DNA of 64,000 bases. Origin: an uncultured Actinomycetota bacterium (GTDB lineage: Bacteria > Actinomycetota > Actinomycetes > Actinomycetales > Microbacteriaceae). The translations under genes and the position numbers were made by a program. Shown one piece after another: positions 60,970 to 64,000 of this stretch; position 1 is the stretch's first letter, and each line of letters begins with the position of its first letter. The notes below the pieces were generated by a model. It worked only from the letters and a program-made list of their open reading frames with translations. It was not told the origin of the DNA and searched no databases. The stretch covers positions 3,811 through 67,810 of the forward strand of contig CAVSPQ010000005.1 in the NCBI GenBank assembly GCA_963730045.1. The letters are read 5' to 3'.

Positions 60970-62387
60970 TCGCACTGACCCTCGCCGAGCTCGCGCAGGC
61001 GCTCGGCGGCACCCTGCTCCTGCCCGACGGGGTGGACGGTGCCACGATCGTCGCGGGTTCGGTGGAGACCGACTCGCGCCTGGTGGGCGCCGGCTCGGTG
61101 TTCTTCGCCCTGCCCGGCGAGGAGACCGACGGTCATTTGTTCGCCCCGGCGGCGGTCGAGGCGGGTGCCGCTCTGGTCGTGGCCGAGCGCGCCGTCGACG
61201 TCGCGGTGGCGCAGCTCCTGGTGGCGGACGGCGTCGCGGCCCTGGCCGCGATGGCGCGGCTGGTCGTCGAACGCGTCCGCTCGGCTGGGAAGCTCCGGAT
61301 CGTCGCGATCACCGGTTCCAACGGCAAGACGACCACCAAGAACCTGCTGCGTGCCGTGCTCGTCGCCGACGGGCCGACGGTCGCCCCTCCGGGATCCTTC
61401 AACAACCACGTCGGCGCACCCATCTCGATGCTGCGTGTCGACGAGAGCAGCGAATTCCTGGTCGTCGAGATGGGTGCCAGCCACGAAGGCGAGATCGCCC
61501 GGCTGGTGTCGATCGCGACCCCCGACATCGCCGTCGTCCTCAAGGTCGGTCTCGCCCACGCGGGCGAATTCGGGGGGATCGATGCCATCCAGCGCGCGAA
61601 GTCGGAGATCGTGCGCGACCTGCCCGCCACATCCATCGCCCTACTGAATCGGGACGACTCGCGCGTCGCCGCCATGGCCGCGCAGACCGCCGCCCGGGTG
61701 GTCTGGTTCGGCCAGAGCCCGGATGCCGAGGTGCGCGCCGAGGACATCGTCGCGACCGCAGGAGGCACGGCCTTCACCGTCGTGGCCGACGGGTCGCGGC
61801 ACCCCGTGCACCTCCGCATCCTGGGTGAGCACCACGTCGCGAACGCCCTCGCCACCCTGGCCGTCGCCCGCGAACTCGGTATCCCCTTGGAACGGGCCAT
61901 CCCCGCCATCGAGGCCGTGCCGCGTGCCGAACGCTGGCGCATGGAGGTCCTCGACCGCGGCGACGGTGTCACGGTCATCAACGACGCGTACAACGCGAGC
62001 CCGGATTCCACTGCCGCCGCGATGAAGACGCTCGCCCAGATCATCACCCCCGGGCAGCGCTCGGTCGCGGTGCTCGGCGAGATGGCGGAACTCGGCGAGT
62101 ACGCCCAGGAGGAGCACGACCGGCTCGGCAGGCTGGCGGTGCGGCTCAACATCGGCAAGCTGGTTGTGGTCGGCGAACGTGCCCGCCACATCCACCTGGC
62201 AGCGGGCCTGGAAGGTTCGTGGGACGGGGAGTCGGTCCTCGTTCCGGATGTCGACGCGGCATACGATCTTCTGCGTGAGGAACTCCGTCCCGGGGATGTC
62301 GTGCTCGTGAAGTCGTCGAAGTCGGCGGGTCTGCGATTTCTCGGTGATCGCCTGGGCGCATCGGACGGCGGGGGTGCGGCGCCGTGA
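60966..62387 (+). CDS. murF: UDP-N-acetylmuramoyl-tripeptide--D-alanyl-D-alanine ligase MurF
   Basis: Intact 473-aa ORF; [14 protein letters not shown] ... [11 protein letters not shown]. Confidence 0.9.
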   Translation: MIALTLAELAQALGGTLLLPDGVDGATIVAGSVETDSRLVGAGSVFFALPGEETDGHLFAPAAVEAGAALVVAERAVDVAVAQLLVADGVAALAAMARLVVERVRSAGKLRIVAITGSNGKTTTKNLLRAVLVADGPTVAPPGSFNNHVGAPISMLRVDESSEFLVVEMGASHEGEIARLVSIATPDIAVVLKVGLAHAGEFGGIDAIQRAKSEIVRDLPATSIALLNRDDSRVAAMAAQTAARVVWFGQSPDAEVRAEDIVATAGGTAFTVVADGSRHPVHLRILGEHHVANALATLAVARELGIPLERAIPAIEAVPRAERWRMEVLDRGDGVTVINDAYNASPDSTAAAMKTLAQIITPGQRSVAVLGEMAELGEYAQEEHDRLGRLAVRLNIGKLVVVGERARHIHLAAGLEGSWDGESVLVPDVDAAYDLLREELRPGDVVLVKSSKSAGLRFLGDRLGASDGGGAAP

Positions 62388-63487
62388 TCGCCCTTCTGGT
62401 CGCGGGCGGGTTCTCACTCTTCTTCACGCTCTTCCTGACGCCGCTGTTCATCCGCCTCTTCAAGCGGCTCAACTGGGGTCAGTTCATCCGCGACGACGGA
62501 CCGCAGACCCATCACACGAAGCGCGGCACCCCGACCATGGGCGGCATCGTCTTCATCGTCGGCGCGGTGCTCGGCTATCTGGTCGGGCACCTGGTGTCCG
62601 GCGTCCCGTGGACCATGGTCGCCATGCTGGTGATCGGCATGATGACCGGGATGGGAGCGATCGGGTTCCTCGACGACTTCCTCAAGACCCGCAAGCAGCG
62701 CAGCCTCGGGCTCGGGGGGTGGTCGAAGATCGTGGGCCAGGTGATCATCGGCACGATCTTCGCGGTGCTGGCGATCCATCCCGAGTTCAACGACGAGAAC
62801 GGCCTGACGCCGGGGTCCGAGTACGTGTCGGTCGTGCGCGATGTGCCGTGGCTCGACTTCTTCGCGTTCGGTCCGGTTCTCGGGATCGGACTCTTCGTGG
62901 TCTGGGTCAACGTGATCTCGGTGAGCGCGTCGAACGGCGTCAACGTGGCTGACGGGCTCGACGGCCTGGCCAGCGGCGCCGCGATCTTCTCGATCTCGGC
63001 CTACATCTTCATCGGGTTCTGGCAGGCGAATCAGTCCTGCTTCAACGCCGTCCTCGATCCCGACGTGCAGTACAAGTGCTACGACGTGCGCGACCCGCTC
63101 GATCTGGCCGTCATCGCCGCCGCGATCGCCGGCGCGTTGATCGGCTTCCTGTGGTGGAACACCTCACCGGCACAGATCTTCATGGGCGACACCGGTTCGC
63201 TGGGCTTGGGCGGCGCACTGGCCGCGCTCGCCATCCTCAGCCGCACGGAACTGCTCCTCGTCCTCATCGGCGGACTGTTCCTGATCGTGACCGGATCGGT
63301 GATCCTGCAACGCGGGTACTACAAGCTCAGTCGCGGCAAACGCATCTTCCTGATGAGTCCGCTCCACCATCACTTCGAGCTCAAGGGCTGGGCAGAGGTC
63401 ACCGTGGTGGTGCGCTTCTGGCTGATCGCCGCCCTGTTCGTGGCCGCCGGGGTGGGCGTGTTCTACCTCGAGTGGGTCAGCCGCTAG
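62384..63487 (+). CDS. mraY: Phospho-N-acetylmuramoyl-pentapeptide transferase MraY
   Basis: Intact 367-aa ORF, 10 TM segments; GTPTMGG ... [10 protein letters not shown] ... DTGSLGLGG. Confidence 0.9.
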   Translation: MIALLVAGGFSLFFTLFLTPLFIRLFKRLNWGQFIRDDGPQTHHTKRGTPTMGGIVFIVGAVLGYLVGHLVSGVPWTMVAMLVIGMMTGMGAIGFLDDFLKTRKQRSLGLGGWSKIVGQVIIGTIFAVLAIHPEFNDENGLTPGSEYVSVVRDVPWLDFFAFGPVLGIGLFVVWVNVISVSASNGVNVADGLDGLASGAAIFSISAYIFIGFWQANQSCFNAVLDPDVQYKCYDVRDPLDLAVIAAAIAGALIGFLWWNTSPAQIFMGDTGSLGLGGALAALAILSRTELLLVLIGGLFLIVTGSVILQRGYYKLSRGKRIFLMSPLHHHFELKGWAEVTVVVRFWLIAALFVAAGVGVFYLEWVSR

Positions 63488-63489
63488 CC

Positions 63490-64000
63490 GTGGCCGAGAA
63501 GGTGCCGCGCGAGCTGTCCGCGTTGACCAGCTGGCACGCCGACTGGCGGGGGCTGCGGGTCGCCGTGCTCGGGCTGGGCGTGACGGGGTTCGCCGCCGCC
63601 GACACGCTCGCCGAACTGGGTGCGCGGGTGCTCGTGGTGGCAGACAAGGCCGGCGACCGGCATCGCGACATGCTGAGCGTGATCGGGGCAGCGTTCGTGA
63701 AGAGCTCCGGCGATGACGGACCCCCGGCCGAGCTGCTCGAGCTCGACCCGGAACTGCTGATCGTTTCGCCCGGTTACCACCCCGACCACCCGCTTCTGCT
63801 CTGGGCGGAGGAGCACGGCATCCCGATCTGGGGCGACATCGAGCTGGCCTGGCGCCTGCGCGACAAGGTGCCAAAGCCCGACGGCACCGCGGTCGAGTGG
63901 ATCTGCATCACGGGCACGAACGGCAAGACGACGACGACCCAGCTGACCGCGAGCATGCTGGTCGCCGGCGGATTGCGCGCCGCCCCGGCCGGCAACATCG
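63490..64000 (+). CDS. murD: UDP-N-acetylmuramoylalanine--D-glutamate ligase MurD (3' end outside window)
   Basis: VAVLGLGVTGFAAADTLAELGARVLVV ... ICITGTNGKTTTTQL; follows mraY. Confidence 0.8.
   Translation, partial: MAEKVPRELSALTSWHADWRGLRVAVLGLGVTGFAAADTLAELGARVLVVADKAGDRHRDMLSVIGAAFVKSSGDDGPPAELLELDPELLIVSPGYHPDHPLLLWAEEHGIPIWGDIELAWRLRDKVPKPDGTAVEWICITGTNGKTTTTQLTASMLVAGGLRAAPAGNI

Overview
High-GC (~70%) actinobacterial chromosome segment, Microbacteriaceae-like. The gene order is collinear with the Mycobacterium tuberculosis Rv1696-Rv1713 and Rv2150-Rv2190 neighbourhoods. From the 5' end it runs recN, pyrG, NUDIX, xerD, parA-scpA-scpB, rluB, tyrA, cmk, der, then a variable patch around tRNA-Pro(GGG). 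A metabolic and accessory stretch follows (siderophore-interacting protein, GNATs, LLM oxidoreductase, GH15, gpx, SPFH). The window then continues through pgsA-like, garA/FHA, two MerR regulators, pyruvate carboxylase, def, fadD, glk, plsC, aroG, a PASTA Ser/Thr kinase, and a Rv2175c-like protein. It ends in the dcw cluster: mraZ-rsmH-ftsL-ftsI-murE-murF-mraY-murD (murD truncated by the window edge). No rRNA, CRISPR array, transposase or integrase was recognised. The sequence carries many apparent single-base indels, roughly one per 1-2 kb: at least 40 conserved housekeeping genes are split across frames in the ORF track. I interpret these as sequencing or assembly errors, not pseudogenisation, and have annotated genes by stitching homologous frames. 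Coordinates of starts and ends are therefore approximate in many cases. The most interesting candidate is a minus-strand two-gene module at 22148-24064. It pairs a DEDDh 3'-5' exonuclease with a ~445-aa uncharacterised protein carrying a Pol-beta-type nucleotidyltransferase signature (GS-x10-DxD). Other items worth a second look: a class II UvrA paralog clustered with VOC, methyltransferase and GNAT genes; a partial gene duplication in a lower-GC patch next to tRNA-Pro; a MinD/ParA-like protein with a degenerate P-loop (KGGVGATT) upstream of def; phased GTGGAG repeats (MraZ boxes) before mraZ; and a palindromic operator in front of a DUF2975-XRE operon.
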